Assembly (NCBI GenBank): GCA_944331875.1
Contig: CALVJA010000011.1
Location: 417 to 64,416, forward strand
Reading direction: 5' to 3'
Length of the DNA: 64,000 bases
Source: an uncultured Clostridia bacterium
GTDB lineage: Bacteria; Bacillota; Clostridia; Christensenellales; DTU072
Position numbers and translations under genes: made by a program. The notes under the pieces were generated by a model, which saw nothing but the letters and a program-made list of their open reading frames with translations, was not told the DNA's origin and did not search any database. Position 1 is the first letter of the stretch; the number at the start of each line of letters is the position of its first letter. Below are positions 19,883 to 29,659 of the stretch, piece after piece.

Positions 19883-20632
19883 ACGTTTCCCGTCGTCGTA
19901 AGGTTCGCGGGATCTTCCCGCGCCTCGGGAGCGGAACAGCAGCACGACAACGGCTATTGCCGGGACGGCAAGTCCCACGATTATGATTATTTTAAGCTCG
20001 TTGTCGTCCAGTGCGTCCATCACGCTCCCGTCCGAGGGAGCGGCAGTATCATCCGCGGGAGCCGAGACGTCCTCGGACGGCGGATCTTCGGGGACGAAGG
20101 GCTCGATGTCGGGGGAAGGCATCGTCGTCCTGTCGGCGCGGATATAGCCGTAGGAGTTTTCGTATTTGACGTAGTACCATGTCAGAGTTTCCGTGGGATA
20201 TACCCCCAAAAACGTTATCGAAGCGCCGACGGGGACCTCGGCGGCGCTATCGGAGGTAACGTCGGGAGAAACTTTCAGGTTTATCGCGGTGAACTCCGAA
20301 AAATCGGCGGAAACGCCAATCTCGCGCGAAGTGCCCGCCGCGGTAGTGTGGTAGCCGACGGCGGAAACGGTGTTTTTGTCTACCTTTCCCGAAACGCCGT
20401 TGAAAGTGACGTAATAGAAATTTTCGTCCAGATTGTTGATCCTGGCGTAGTAGGTGTCGGGAAGCATGAACAGCCTGACCCCGTCGCCGCTTAAAAGCCA
20501 CACGTCGCCGTCCGCTACGATATGCGGCGTATCGGCGGCAAACGCGGCGAAAGAGCTCTCGGGAACAAGAGCAAATATCATCGCGGCGGCGAGTATCATA
20601 ACGGCGGCGAGAGCGGCGCGTACGACTTTCAT
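19877..20632 (-). CDS. Exported SH3b-domain protein with C-terminal membrane anchor
   Basis: Signal peptide ending FAAFAA; FYYVTFNGVSGKV and WYYVKYENSYGYI SH3b signatures; Pro/Asp-rich linker; TM helix with basic tail. Confidence 0.75.
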   Translation of the reverse strand: MKVVRAALAAVMILAAAMIFALVPESSFAAFAADTPHIVADGDVWLLSGDGVRLFMLPDTYYARINNLDENFYYVTFNGVSGKVDKNTVSAVGYHTTAAGTSREIGVSADFSEFTAINLKVSPDVTSDSAAEVPVGASITFLGVYPTETLTWYYVKYENSYGYIRADRTTMPSPDIEPFVPEDPPSEDVSAPADDTAAPSDGSVMDALDDNELKIIIIVGLAVPAIAVVVLLFRSRGAGRSREPYDDGKRS

Positions 20633-20695
20633 ACAAAACAGTATATCCCGTATACGCCGCGCTAAAACCCGTAATTTGTTAAAAAGGAGATTATT

Positions 20696-21037
20696 ATGTT
20701 GATTACCCGCGACCCGCACGATATCGCCCTGAGGCTCAAGGAGATAGATCCCTCATACGAACTTCATTTCAACAATAGGACGTCCCGCTTCGAACTGAAG
20801 GACGGGAGCGGAGCAACTTTGATCGTTTTCCCGTATGACCGCATGGACGAAAGGATGGTACGCCACGCGCGCCGCACCAGGGCGGAGAGACTGGCGGAGA
20901 TAATACGCGAGATAGACCTTGCAAACGAACGCGCCGAAAAAAGGGCGTTAAGGATCCGCGAAAACGCGGCGGAGGACGGACTAAGGGAGGCAGCGGACAG
21001 ATTTTATGCCGACAGAAAAAGAAAGGGAGCTGGTTGA
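20696..21037 (+). CDS. Phage-associated hypothetical protein
   Basis: RBS AAGGAG; 113 aa; overlaps the terL start. Confidence 0.7.
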   Translation: MLITRDPHDIALRLKEIDPSYELHFNNRTSRFELKDGSGATLIVFPYDRMDERMVRHARRTRAERLAEIIREIDLANERAEKRALRIRENAAEDGLREAADRFYADRKRKGAG

Positions 21038-22439
21038 ACGGATACTCGGTATAGAGGCGGAACAGGCGAAACGGCGCGCCTCGAACAAACTTTTATATTA
21101 CAACGCGGGCGAAAAAAAGCATTTGAAACAGCTTGAGTTCCACAGAAGTATCGCGAGGAACCGCTGGGTATTCGGCGGCAACAGGTCCGGGAAAACCGAA
21201 TGCGGCGCGGCGGAGGCGGTGTGGATGTGCCGCGGCAACCACCCTTTCCGCAAAAACAGGCGCGACGTAAAAGGCTGGGCGGTCTCGGTGACGCGCGAGG
21301 TACAGCGCGACGTGGCGCAGGCGAAAGTGCTTTCATACCTTTCGCCCGAGTGGATAGAACGGGTGACGATGTCGGAGGGGACAAAGGAATTTCCCGAGGG
21401 CGGCGTAATCGACACGGTGTACATAAAAAACGTGTTCGGCGGGATAAGCTCGCTGACGTTCAAATCGTGTCAGCAGGGAAGGGAAAGTTTTCAGGGCGCG
21501 ACGCTCGATTTCGTGTGGTTCGACGAGGAGCCGCCCCGGGACATTTACGAAGAATGCCGTATGCGCGTGTTGGACAGAAGCGGCGATATATTCGGCACGA
21601 TGACGCCGCTGAAAGGGCTGACATGGGTGTACGACGAGATATATCTGAACGCTTCCTCGGACCCCGAGATATGGACGGAGACGATGGAGTGGGCGGATAA
21701 TCCGTACCTGAAGGAAGAGGAAGTTAAAAGGCTTTCCGCAGTGCTGTCGGCGGAGGAGCTCGAATCCAGGCGCTACGGCAGGTTCCGCGCGGATTCGGGA
21801 CTTGTGTATCCCGAATTCGACCCTTCGGTACACGTTATAGAGCCATTTGAGATACCGTTCGATTGGCAGTCGGCGATAAGCATCGACCCGGGACTCAAAA
21901 ATCCGCTGTCGTGTCATTTCTATTGCCAGGACTTCGACGGCACTATATACGTCGTCGCGGAGCACTACGAGGCGGGGCTCGACGTAAGATCGCACGCCGA
22001 AAAGATAGACGAGATAGCGACTAATCTCGACTGGCGGCGCCGCACGGACGGAAGGCTCGAAGCGCTCATCGACTCCGCCGCAAATCAAAGGACTTTAGCT
22101 TCCGCAAAGTCGGTGTCGGAACTGTTCTTCGAATACGGCATAGCGGTCAATACGAACGTCAACAAGGATATGTTCACGGGGATAAGCCGCGTGAGGCGCT
22201 TGTTCGCCGAGCGCCCGCCCGCGATATATATCTTCAATACCTGCACGAAAATGATAAAGGAACTGAAAAGCTATTGGTGGGGCGGCGGCGACGTTCCCGT
22301 CAAAAAAGACGATCACGCGATGGACGACCTGAGGTACTACGTCATGTCGCGCCCCGAAAACAGGGAACCGAAGCCGAAGCCAAACCGGTTCCAACTGCAC
22401 AAAACAAAATTGATGCGGTCATGCCGCGTCGGAAAATAG
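21006..22439 (+). CDS. terL: Terminase large subunit
   Basis: Walker A GGNRSGKT, Walker B VWFDEEP, motif III TMTP, nuclease IDPG and DDHAMDDLRY. Confidence 0.93.
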   Translation: MPTEKERELVERILGIEAEQAKRRASNKLLYYNAGEKKHLKQLEFHRSIARNRWVFGGNRSGKTECGAAEAVWMCRGNHPFRKNRRDVKGWAVSVTREVQRDVAQAKVLSYLSPEWIERVTMSEGTKEFPEGGVIDTVYIKNVFGGISSLTFKSCQQGRESFQGATLDFVWFDEEPPRDIYEECRMRVLDRSGDIFGTMTPLKGLTWVYDEIYLNASSDPEIWTETMEWADNPYLKEEEVKRLSAVLSAEELESRRYGRFRADSGLVYPEFDPSVHVIEPFEIPFDWQSAISIDPGLKNPLSCHFYCQDFDGTIYVVAEHYEAGLDVRSHAEKIDEIATNLDWRRRTDGRLEALIDSAANQRTLASAKSVSELFFEYGIAVNTNVNKDMFTGISRVRRLFAERPPAIYIFNTCTKMIKELKSYWWGGGDVPVKKDDHAMDDLRYYVMSRPENREPKPKPNRFQLHKTKLMRSCRVGK

Positions 22440-22447
22440 GAGGAAAC

Positions 22448-24271
22448 ATGTCACAAAAAGAGCTTGCGGCAGAGCTTAGAAGCGACTTCGAACGCCGCCG
22501 CGAACAACGAAGAGAGATCGAAGCGAAGTGGAACCTGAACATCGGATTCATGATGGGAAAACAGTACTCCGTAATAGACCCCCGCGGAGAGATCGTCGAA
22601 AATGCGGGAAGGTTCGGTTGGGAGGGGCGCGAGGTATATAACCATATCGCGCCTTTGATCGAAACGCGGCTTGCCAAATTCGCGAGGATAAACTGTGCGG
22701 TGAACGTGCGCCCCGCGGGCGCGGAGGACGCGGACGTAAACGCGGCGCGCCTGTCCGGAAAGATAATTGACGCCGCGATGCGCGACAACTCGTTCGCGAC
22801 GCTTGCGGGAAAGGCAAACTTTTGGTCGGAGCTCACCGGCACCGCGTTTTTCAAGGTGGTATGGGACGCGGACGAAGGGGAGTCCGGCGGCGTAAAGATA
22901 GCGGTCTGCCCGCCCGAGGAGATCTTCCCCGACGATATATCCGCCGCGGACGTGGGATCTTTGAGGAGCCTCATCCACGCGAAAATTTATCCCGTCGAGG
23001 CGGTATACGAGCTGTGGGGAAAGAAAGTGGAAAGCGAAGACGTGGATATGTACGATTTTACGGGCGCCGCCCGCCGCGTTCCCGAGTCCTCCGAGGAAAA
23101 AGAGGGGTACGTTCTGGTCATCGAAAGATACGAAGCGCCCTCCCAAAGCGCGCCCGAGGGGCGCCTCGTCATAGCGGCAAAAGACACCGTTTTGTATTCG
23201 GGACCGCTGCCGTACATAAACGGCGCGGGCGGCAAAAGGACGTTTCCGTTCATACGCCAGACCGCGCTGAACGTGCCGGGATCGTTCTACGGCATGAGCC
23301 TTATCGAACGCCTGATACCCGTCCAGCGCGCATATAACGCAGTCAAAAACAGAAAGCACGAGTACATGGCGCGACTGGCTGGCGGTGTGTACGCGGTGGA
23401 GGACGGCAGCGTCGACGCGGAATCGCTCGAGGAGGAAGGGATGTACCCCGGGCGCGTCATCGTCTACAGACAGGGCGGCAGTCCGCCGGCTCTGATGGCT
23501 CCCGGGAGCGTGCCGAGCGAATTCCGCGACGAGGAGAACAGGCTTTTGGAGGAATTCAGGACTATATCCGGCGTGGCGGACGTGATAAACGTGTCGGGCG
23601 CGGAACTCAATTCCGTCAGCGGGTACGCGCTGTCGCTACTCTTGGAGCAGGAATATTCCAGAATGTCCGTGACGACCGAATCGATAAGAGCGGCGGTCAA
23701 AGAAGTGGCAAGGCATATCCTGAGGCTTTACCGCCAATTTGCCGACAAGAAACGCCTCGTCATGATCGGCGGCGACTCGGGCGAAGTGGAGGCGGTCAGT
23801 TTCATGGGCTCGGATCTCGGCGGCGACGACGTCGTGACGGAGACCGATTCCGAGATGGTGGAATCCCCCGCGACCCGTAAAAACATGGTGCTGGAGCTTC
23901 TGAGATACGGGCTTCTCGGCGACGAAAACGGGAGGATCTCCAACAGAAACCGCGCGAAAATTATCGAAATGCTCGGTTTCGGCAATTGGGAAGCGGCGAA
24001 AAGCTCAGACGAGATACATATCAAAAAGGCGGCGCGGGAAAATCTCGAATTTTCGCGCGGCAAGTCGGCCGAGGTCGGAGAACTTGACGACCATCAGCTG
24101 CATATAGACGAACACCGCGCTTTTTATGCAGGCGGCGACGTGTCCGACAAAGCGAGAAAACTTGCCGAGGAACACGTCAGGAAACACAAGGTGATGATGC
24201 GGCTCGAATACGAGGCGGCAAACGTCGTTTCGGGCGCTTACACAACAAATAACACGGCAACGGAGGAATAA
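22448..24271 (+). CDS. Portal protein (P22/podovirus-like, 607 aa)
   Basis: Follows terL; YNHIAPLIE, GTAFFKVVWD, FYGMSLIERLIPVQRAYN and DDHQLHIDEH motifs; RBS AGGAGG. Confidence 0.85.
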   Translation: MSQKELAAELRSDFERRREQRREIEAKWNLNIGFMMGKQYSVIDPRGEIVENAGRFGWEGREVYNHIAPLIETRLAKFARINCAVNVRPAGAEDADVNAARLSGKIIDAAMRDNSFATLAGKANFWSELTGTAFFKVVWDADEGESGGVKIAVCPPEEIFPDDISAADVGSLRSLIHAKIYPVEAVYELWGKKVESEDVDMYDFTGAARRVPESSEEKEGYVLVIERYEAPSQSAPEGRLVIAAKDTVLYSGPLPYINGAGGKRTFPFIRQTALNVPGSFYGMSLIERLIPVQRAYNAVKNRKHEYMARLAGGVYAVEDGSVDAESLEEEGMYPGRVIVYRQGGSPPALMAPGSVPSEFRDEENRLLEEFRTISGVADVINVSGAELNSVSGYALSLLLEQEYSRMSVTTESIRAAVKEVARHILRLYRQFADKKRLVMIGGDSGEVEAVSFMGSDLGGDDVVTETDSEMVESPATRKNMVLELLRYGLLGDENGRISNRNRAKIIEMLGFGNWEAAKSSDEIHIKKAARENLEFSRGKSAEVGELDDHQLHIDEHRAFYAGGDVSDKARKLAEEHVRKHKVMMRLEYEAANVVSGAYTTNNTATEE

Positions 24272-24273
24272 CG

Positions 24274-24855
24274 ATGGAAAACGATTTGAACGTGGAACAA
24301 ACCGCTTTAAGTCCCGCCGGCACTCAGGGCGACAAGACCGAGACGGCTTCCTACGGGAAATTCAAGTCACCGGACGAGCTCTTGAACGCCTATAACGCGT
24401 TGGAGGCGGAATTTACCAGACGCTCCCAGCGCATAAAGGAGTTGGAAGGCAAGCTCGAATCGGGACGTATCGAGGAGGAATGGACGGAAAAACTGAAGAC
24501 TTTACACGAAAAGTACCCCGTATCCAAGGGACTTTCCAAGGAGATAGGCGAGTATCTGAAAGCGAACGAGTCCATGATAGGAGAAAAGGATTGCCTTGAA
24601 AAAGCGCTGTTGAACGTGCTCGCCGAACGCTCTTCGTTTTCTCCGTCCCCCGAAAAGGCGCGGAACATACCCCCCGACGGCGCGGACGCGCAAACGGTTT
24701 CGAACGAGGAAAAGGACGCGGGCAGGCGCGTTCCGCCCCCGAAGCTCCCCGTATCCGTCGGTATGCCTCCGGCAAACCCCTTCCGTAGACCATCAACGGT
24801 CGCGGAAGCGGGAAAGCTTGCCGCAGAACATTTCAAAAAATTAAAAGGAGAGTAA
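24274..24855 (+). CDS. Putative capsid scaffolding protein
   Basis: GKFKSPDELLNAYNALEAEFTRRSQ coiled coil and Pro-rich C-terminus; lies between portal and capsid genes. Confidence 0.7.
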   Translation: MENDLNVEQTALSPAGTQGDKTETASYGKFKSPDELLNAYNALEAEFTRRSQRIKELEGKLESGRIEEEWTEKLKTLHEKYPVSKGLSKEIGEYLKANESMIGEKDCLEKALLNVLAERSSFSPSPEKARNIPPDGADAQTVSNEEKDAGRRVPPPKLPVSVGMPPANPFRRPSTVAEAGKLAAEHFKKLKGE

Positions 24856-24858
24856 ATT

Positions 24859-26094
24859 ATGTTATCCGTCAGCTCAATAGACGCGGTACTCAAATCCTAT
24901 TATCTGGACGCGATATGCGCGTCGCTGAATACGGGAGTGAGTCCGCTTTACTCGGCGATAGAAAAATCCGCGGCGGAAATAACCGGAAAGGACGCCGTCG
25001 TGCCCACTATGTACGGCGTGTGCGGGGGACTCGGGTCCACCGACGAAACGGGAGAACTACCCGATTCCGGCGAATGCCTGCGCACCGGGTTTACCGTCCC
25101 GCTCAAAAACATCTACGGCGTCATCGATATTTCCGATAAGGCGCTCCGCGCCTCGCGCGACAACGCTTCGGGGATCGTGGGGCTTCTGAATACCGAAATA
25201 AAGGCGATGGTGCGTTCGGCACAGTTCAACCTTAACAGAATGCTTTGGATGGACGGCACAGGGCTTCTTGCGACCGTGAAGACTTTCACCAACGGCGCGA
25301 TGCCCACCGCCACCGTGGACGACACCCGTTTCCTCGCCGAAGGCATGAAAGTGGACTTTTATCGTTCGGGCGCGGCGGTCATGACCGGAGTCAGGATCGC
25401 AGACGTCAACCACGAGACCAAAACGCTCACGTTCCCTTACGGAATAATGAACACGAATTCGCTGCAGGCGGGCGACCTCATCTACATTCAGAAGTCCAAG
25501 GGGAACGAAGTCAACGGCATTCCTTACGTTTTCGATACGGGCAACACCTATTTCGGCGTAAACAAAGCCACAAATCCCGGCATAAAACCCGTCGAAAAAT
25601 CGCTCGGCGACGAGCTTACCGTGGACGCGATGCAGGAATTTTTCGATACCGCTTCCCTTCGCGCGGGCGTACAGCCCGATATGATAGTGTGCTCGATGAA
25701 AACGCGGCGCCAGTATCTGAAGCAGCTCGAACTGAACAGAAGGAACATCGACTATCTGAACCTCGACGGCGGCTTCAAAACGCTTGCGTTCAACGGCATA
25801 CCCGTCGTGGGAGAGCGTTTCGCGCCGGACGGCGAAATGTACTTTTTGAACACGCCCACTCTGAAGCTCGTGCAGCTGAACGATTGGGAATGGCTGGAAG
25901 GGGAGAACGGTTCCATATTGAATCAGCTCGACAGAAAAGCGGTATACACCGCTACCCTTGTAAAATACGCGAACTTCGTCGCGGCATACCCCAGGGGTCA
26001 GGCGAGGCTGAAAGGCATAGAGGATCCCTCCTCGAGCACGACTGCGTCCGGCGGCACCGACTCCGGCTCCGGTGCGGACGACGCCACCGGCTGA
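24859..26094 (+). CDS. Major capsid protein (HK97 fold)
   Basis: 411 aa; ETGELP, LNRMLWMDGTG and GGFKTLAFNGIPVV..RFAPDGEMYFLN capsid-like motifs; position. Confidence 0.85.
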   Translation: MLSVSSIDAVLKSYYLDAICASLNTGVSPLYSAIEKSAAEITGKDAVVPTMYGVCGGLGSTDETGELPDSGECLRTGFTVPLKNIYGVIDISDKALRASRDNASGIVGLLNTEIKAMVRSAQFNLNRMLWMDGTGLLATVKTFTNGAMPTATVDDTRFLAEGMKVDFYRSGAAVMTGVRIADVNHETKTLTFPYGIMNTNSLQAGDLIYIQKSKGNEVNGIPYVFDTGNTYFGVNKATNPGIKPVEKSLGDELTVDAMQEFFDTASLRAGVQPDMIVCSMKTRRQYLKQLELNRRNIDYLNLDGGFKTLAFNGIPVVGERFAPDGEMYFLNTPTLKLVQLNDWEWLEGENGSILNQLDRKAVYTATLVKYANFVAAYPRGQARLKGIEDPSSSTTASGGTDSGSGADDATG

Positions 26095-26113
26095 TAAGAG
26101 AACTATTTTTACG

Positions 26114-26133
26114 GGCGCGCCTTCGGGCGCGCC
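26114..26133 (+). promoter_or_regulatory. Extra-stable cUUCGg hairpin after the capsid gene
   Basis: GGCGCGCC-TTCG-GGCGCGCC, no downstream T run. Confidence 0.6.
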
Positions 26134-26151
26134 TCGGGAGGTATATAACAG

Positions 26152-26688
26152 ATGACTTTATCCGATGTGATCGAAAGAGCGGGCAACATCATAGGGCTCG
26201 AGGGGGAACCGACGTCCTATCCGACAAGCGCGTACAACAAACTGAAAGACTCCGCAGTGACCGTATATACCGAACTCATAACCGAACACGTCCCGCTCAG
26301 GACGAAGGAAACGGTGTCGGTATCGAACGGAAAGATCTTCTACGAGGATCTCGGAAAAAAGGTAAGGGAGATACTGAAGATATCGACCGGCGCGGGAAGG
26401 TTGAAATTTACGGTCTATCCGGAGTATATTGAAACCGAATGCGGATACTCGGGCGACGCGGAGATCGAATACCTTTATTATTACGTTCCGTGCCTTCCGA
26501 CGGACGAGATGCTCCTGCCGCCGCAATACACGGAGTACATACTTGCCGTAGGCACCGCGGCGGAGTATTTTTACCGCTCGTCCCTGATCGACGAGGCGAT
26601 GTTTTTCAGAAACCGCTTCGAGTCCGCGGTAAACAACCTGAGCCGCACCAAACGGGTGTTCGATCTGCCGTACAGGAGACTGATATGA
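26152..26688 (+). CDS. Putative head-tail adaptor protein
   Basis: 178 aa after the capsid gene; MTLSDVIERA start and LPPQYTEYILAVGTAA helix typical of podoviral adaptors. Confidence 0.65.
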   Translation: MTLSDVIERAGNIIGLEGEPTSYPTSAYNKLKDSAVTVYTELITEHVPLRTKETVSVSNGKIFYEDLGKKVREILKISTGAGRLKFTVYPEYIETECGYSGDAEIEYLYYYVPCLPTDEMLLPPQYTEYILAVGTAAEYFYRSSLIDEAMFFRNRFESAVNNLSRTKRVFDLPYRRLI

Positions 26689-28208
26689 GATACTTCAGTA
26701 GCTTCAGAGACGAACGCCTTCCCGCAACAGGTCAATTGAAGTGCAGTATCGGTGCCTTTGCATCCCTCGACGCCAGACGAGATATTGTCCCGAAATCATT
26801 AAGTTTATGTAGCTATGGATACAATATCCGCTTTACGGGAGGGATACTCCGCAATTCGTACGGCGTAAAGCTCGCAAGCTGGACTGCGGGAGACGATACC
26901 GCGATCACGCTGCCGACTCTCCAATACGAAGGCGAAAACCTTAAACGCCTCCATGTCATACGACGTACGACCCAAAGCGGAGAGGAGGCGGAGGAGCTTT
27001 TGGCGTACTCCGCGGAAGGGAAATTCTACGTCTGTCCGCTTACGGAGACCTCGAGCGCTTTTACGTATTTTCCCGGTATCACCGACGTCACGGAGGATAT
27101 AACGTTCATAAACTACTTTACCGGCGGAGCGGATACCGCTTTGATCTACACCGAGAACGGAGCGTATAAATATGACGGGAATTTTGTTAAAGTCGACGGC
27201 GCGCCGGGGCTCGTCGGGGCGTGTATGCACTATGACAGAGTGTTCGGGATAAAACCGGGCGCGCGCGACACGATAGCGTTTTCGGCGCTTCTCGACCCGT
27301 TCGAATTCTCCGTTGAAAGCGGCGGAGGCGAGATATCGCTTATGGATGAGGGCGGTAAGATATTGAAACTTATATCGATCCGCAACTCCGTATACATTTT
27401 CCGCGAATACGCCGTATACAGGATGACCGCCTACGTCGATCCCACGGAATACACTATCTCCAGGGTATTTTCCGCGGACAAGCCCATTCGGCCGGGATCC
27501 GTTGCGTCCGACGGTGACAGGGTTTTTTTCGTGTCGGGCGAAGACATATTCGTTCTAACATCCTCGGGAGCGGATAGGTCGTACGAGGAGATATCCCCGC
27601 TTATTTCGGACGCGTCCCACGCGGTGGGGCACATATTCGACGGGACGTATTATCTCGCGGCGTGCATCGCTAAAGAGGGGGACGAGTCCGTTGGCGACGA
27701 GTCCGTCGCGGGAGCGATAACCCAAAACAACGCGCTGTTCGGATTCGGATTCGCGCGCGGCACTCTGGATATCGTGCGCGGGACGGATATACGCTGGTTC
27801 GCGGGCGTCGTGAACGACGATATCAGCGCGCTTTTGGTGGTGTTCGGTGGCACGAGGAGCGCGTTCCCGGGGATGCTTACGGACGACGGAAAGCTGTTCG
27901 GACTGCCGCTTAAAAAGCTGTGGCGCTCCCATTTTGTCAGGCTCGGAGACCCCGAGGCGCTTAAAACGGTGAGGCGTATATATCTGGATACCGTATCGGA
28001 CGTCAACATCACGCTGGAATCGGAGACGGGCGACAAACTAGGTTACATCGCGGGCGGCTCGAAAATGGCAGTCGCGATACCGTCATTCGTTATCGGCGAC
28101 CGCCTGAAGATGAGCCTGGAATCGGTTTTTCCCGATTTCAGGATAGGCGAAGCCGTCGTTTATATAAATCAATACGGGAGGTATCTGGGAGATGCAGGAA
28201 ATACTTGA
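26685..28208 (+). CDS. Putative tail nozzle/hub (beta-propeller, P22 gp10/T7 gp12-like)
   Basis: 507-aa beta-rich protein; HYDRVFG, IAFSALLDP.F, VYIFREYAVY blades and C-terminal W.S..LGDPEALKTVRRI; ATGA overlap with the adaptor. Confidence 0.65.
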   Translation: MRYFSSFRDERLPATGQLKCSIGAFASLDARRDIVPKSLSLCSYGYNIRFTGGILRNSYGVKLASWTAGDDTAITLPTLQYEGENLKRLHVIRRTTQSGEEAEELLAYSAEGKFYVCPLTETSSAFTYFPGITDVTEDITFINYFTGGADTALIYTENGAYKYDGNFVKVDGAPGLVGACMHYDRVFGIKPGARDTIAFSALLDPFEFSVESGGGEISLMDEGGKILKLISIRNSVYIFREYAVYRMTAYVDPTEYTISRVFSADKPIRPGSVASDGDRVFFVSGEDIFVLTSSGADRSYEEISPLISDASHAVGHIFDGTYYLAACIAKEGDESVGDESVAGAITQNNALFGFGFARGTLDIVRGTDIRWFAGVVNDDISALLVVFGGTRSAFPGMLTDDGKLFGLPLKKLWRSHFVRLGDPEALKTVRRIYLDTVSDVNITLESETGDKLGYIAGGSKMAVAIPSFVIGDRLKMSLESVFPDFRIGEAVVYINQYGRYLGDAGNT

Positions 28209-28296
28209 AAAGCTGGATGAGATATTGTTGAGGCTCGTCGTACTTGACAAAAAAGTAAGCGCTTCATCCTCCGGCGGAGGAGGTTCGAATGAGTGA
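28192..28296 (+). CDS. 34-aa coiled-coil micro-protein (not in the ORF track)
   Basis: GGGAG RBS; MQEILEKLDEILLRLVVLDKKVSASSSGGGGSNE*; bridges the nozzle gene and the next gene with overlaps at both ends. Confidence 0.5.
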   Translation: MQEILEKLDEILLRLVVLDKKVSASSSGGGGSNE

Positions 28297-29362
28297 TTTC
28301 TCGCCTTCCGAGCATATGGCGGAAGTGGAACGAAAAAAAGACGAAGCTCTCGAAAAGATCAAAGAAGTGTACAGAAAACTCGGTTTGTATTCGGATAATG
28401 ACGAATCCGGGGAGAACGCAGAGGAAACGGGCCCTGTCATGGGTGCTAGCCGTGAGCTTATAGAGGAACTGAAAGATCTGGAGGAGCAATACCGATTGGC
28501 TTCGGCGGGACTGGAGCCCGCGGAGGAAGTCGAGATCCCCGCTACTCTCGGGGAAGAGCCGCTTACGTATGTACATGCCACGGACGAGGAGCTTGCCGAG
28601 ACCGCGAGAAACGAACTCAGACCGCAGTACGTCGCGAACAGAAACGAGGCTAAGGAAAATTATTCCTCGGCGGAAGCTAAGGCGGCGGAGGAAACCGCGG
28701 CGATTTCCGCGGCCGAAGCGGGATCGATAGCGGAGCTCAACGCAAATCGGCGTGACGAGGAGAACGCGCTTACGGAATCGATGGTGATACAGGGGCTTGT
28801 GAACAGCACCATCTTCGACCAGGGCAGCGACTCCGTCCGCAGAAAATACGCCGCCGAAAGCGCGCGGATCAGCACCGAATACGATTTAAAGTACTCGGCT
28901 ATCCGCTCCGAACTCGAACTCAAACAGCTCGAGTACGAGAACGCTCTCAGCGAATACGACTTAAGTTACGCCGCAGAGCTTCGATCGCGCGTGTCGGAAC
29001 TGAAGCGCGAAGAGGAAGCGCGCCTGAAAGAGATCAACGAGTACAACCGCGAGCTCGCCGAACGCGAAGCGGAATATCAAAAGGAGCGGCAGGAAGCGCT
29101 CGAGGCGATATATTTAAGCCGCAGCGAGGCTATCCTGAACGCGGCGAAAGCGGAACAGGAATACGAGCGGGAATACGGCGTTTCCTACGAAAAACAGGCA
29201 GAATACGTCAGGCGTTACACCCTGGCGAAAAACTTCTATTCGCGTTACACCGCGTCCGAAGCGGGCAGCATGATAGAAGAATCGGAAGGGTATCTTAGAC
29301 TTCTCCTCGGCGACGAGATGTTCACGGAACTCGCGCGTTGGAACTTCACCGAAAGGGGGTAG
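28289..29362 (+). CDS. Acidic coiled-coil protein (possible internal virion/ejection protein)
   Basis: 357 aa, E/A/R-rich and helical; QGLVNSTI motif; RBS GGAGG. Confidence 0.55.
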   Translation: MSDFSPSEHMAEVERKKDEALEKIKEVYRKLGLYSDNDESGENAEETGPVMGASRELIEELKDLEEQYRLASAGLEPAEEVEIPATLGEEPLTYVHATDEELAETARNELRPQYVANRNEAKENYSSAEAKAAEETAAISAAEAGSIAELNANRRDEENALTESMVIQGLVNSTIFDQGSDSVRRKYAAESARISTEYDLKYSAIRSELELKQLEYENALSEYDLSYAAELRSRVSELKREEEARLKEINEYNRELAEREAEYQKERQEALEAIYLSRSEAILNAAKAEQEYEREYGVSYEKQAEYVRRYTLAKNFYSRYTASEAGSMIEESEGYLRLLLGDEMFTELARWNFTERG

Positions 29363-29365
29363 CGG

Positions 29366-29659
29366 ATGAAACTGAGAGCTTTGACTATAAGACTTAAATG
29401 CGACAACGGCGTGTGCGATAACTATGCCGAATACGCCGTGGAAAGAAAAGGTACGCCTACCTCGAGGGAGCTGAGGCTATGCGGCGAGTGCATTCGTAAG
29501 CTCGGAGCGCTTTTCAGGGAAGCGGAACAAAGAAAAAAAGGAGGTGACGATAATGTGGGAACAGATCTGGGAGACTGCGATCAACTCGGGACTGTGGGCA
29601 ATGTTGTTCGTGGCGCTGTTCGCGATACAGATACGCGACAGCAAAAACCGCGAGACTAA
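29366..29659 (+). CDS. Small zinc-finger protein
   Basis: CDNGVC...LCGEC; the 3' end overlaps the holin gene. Confidence 0.55.
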   Translation: MKLRALTIRLKCDNGVCDNYAEYAVERKGTPTSRELRLCGECIRKLGALFREAEQRKKGGDDNVGTDLGDCDQLGTVGNVVRGAVRDTDTRQQKPRD

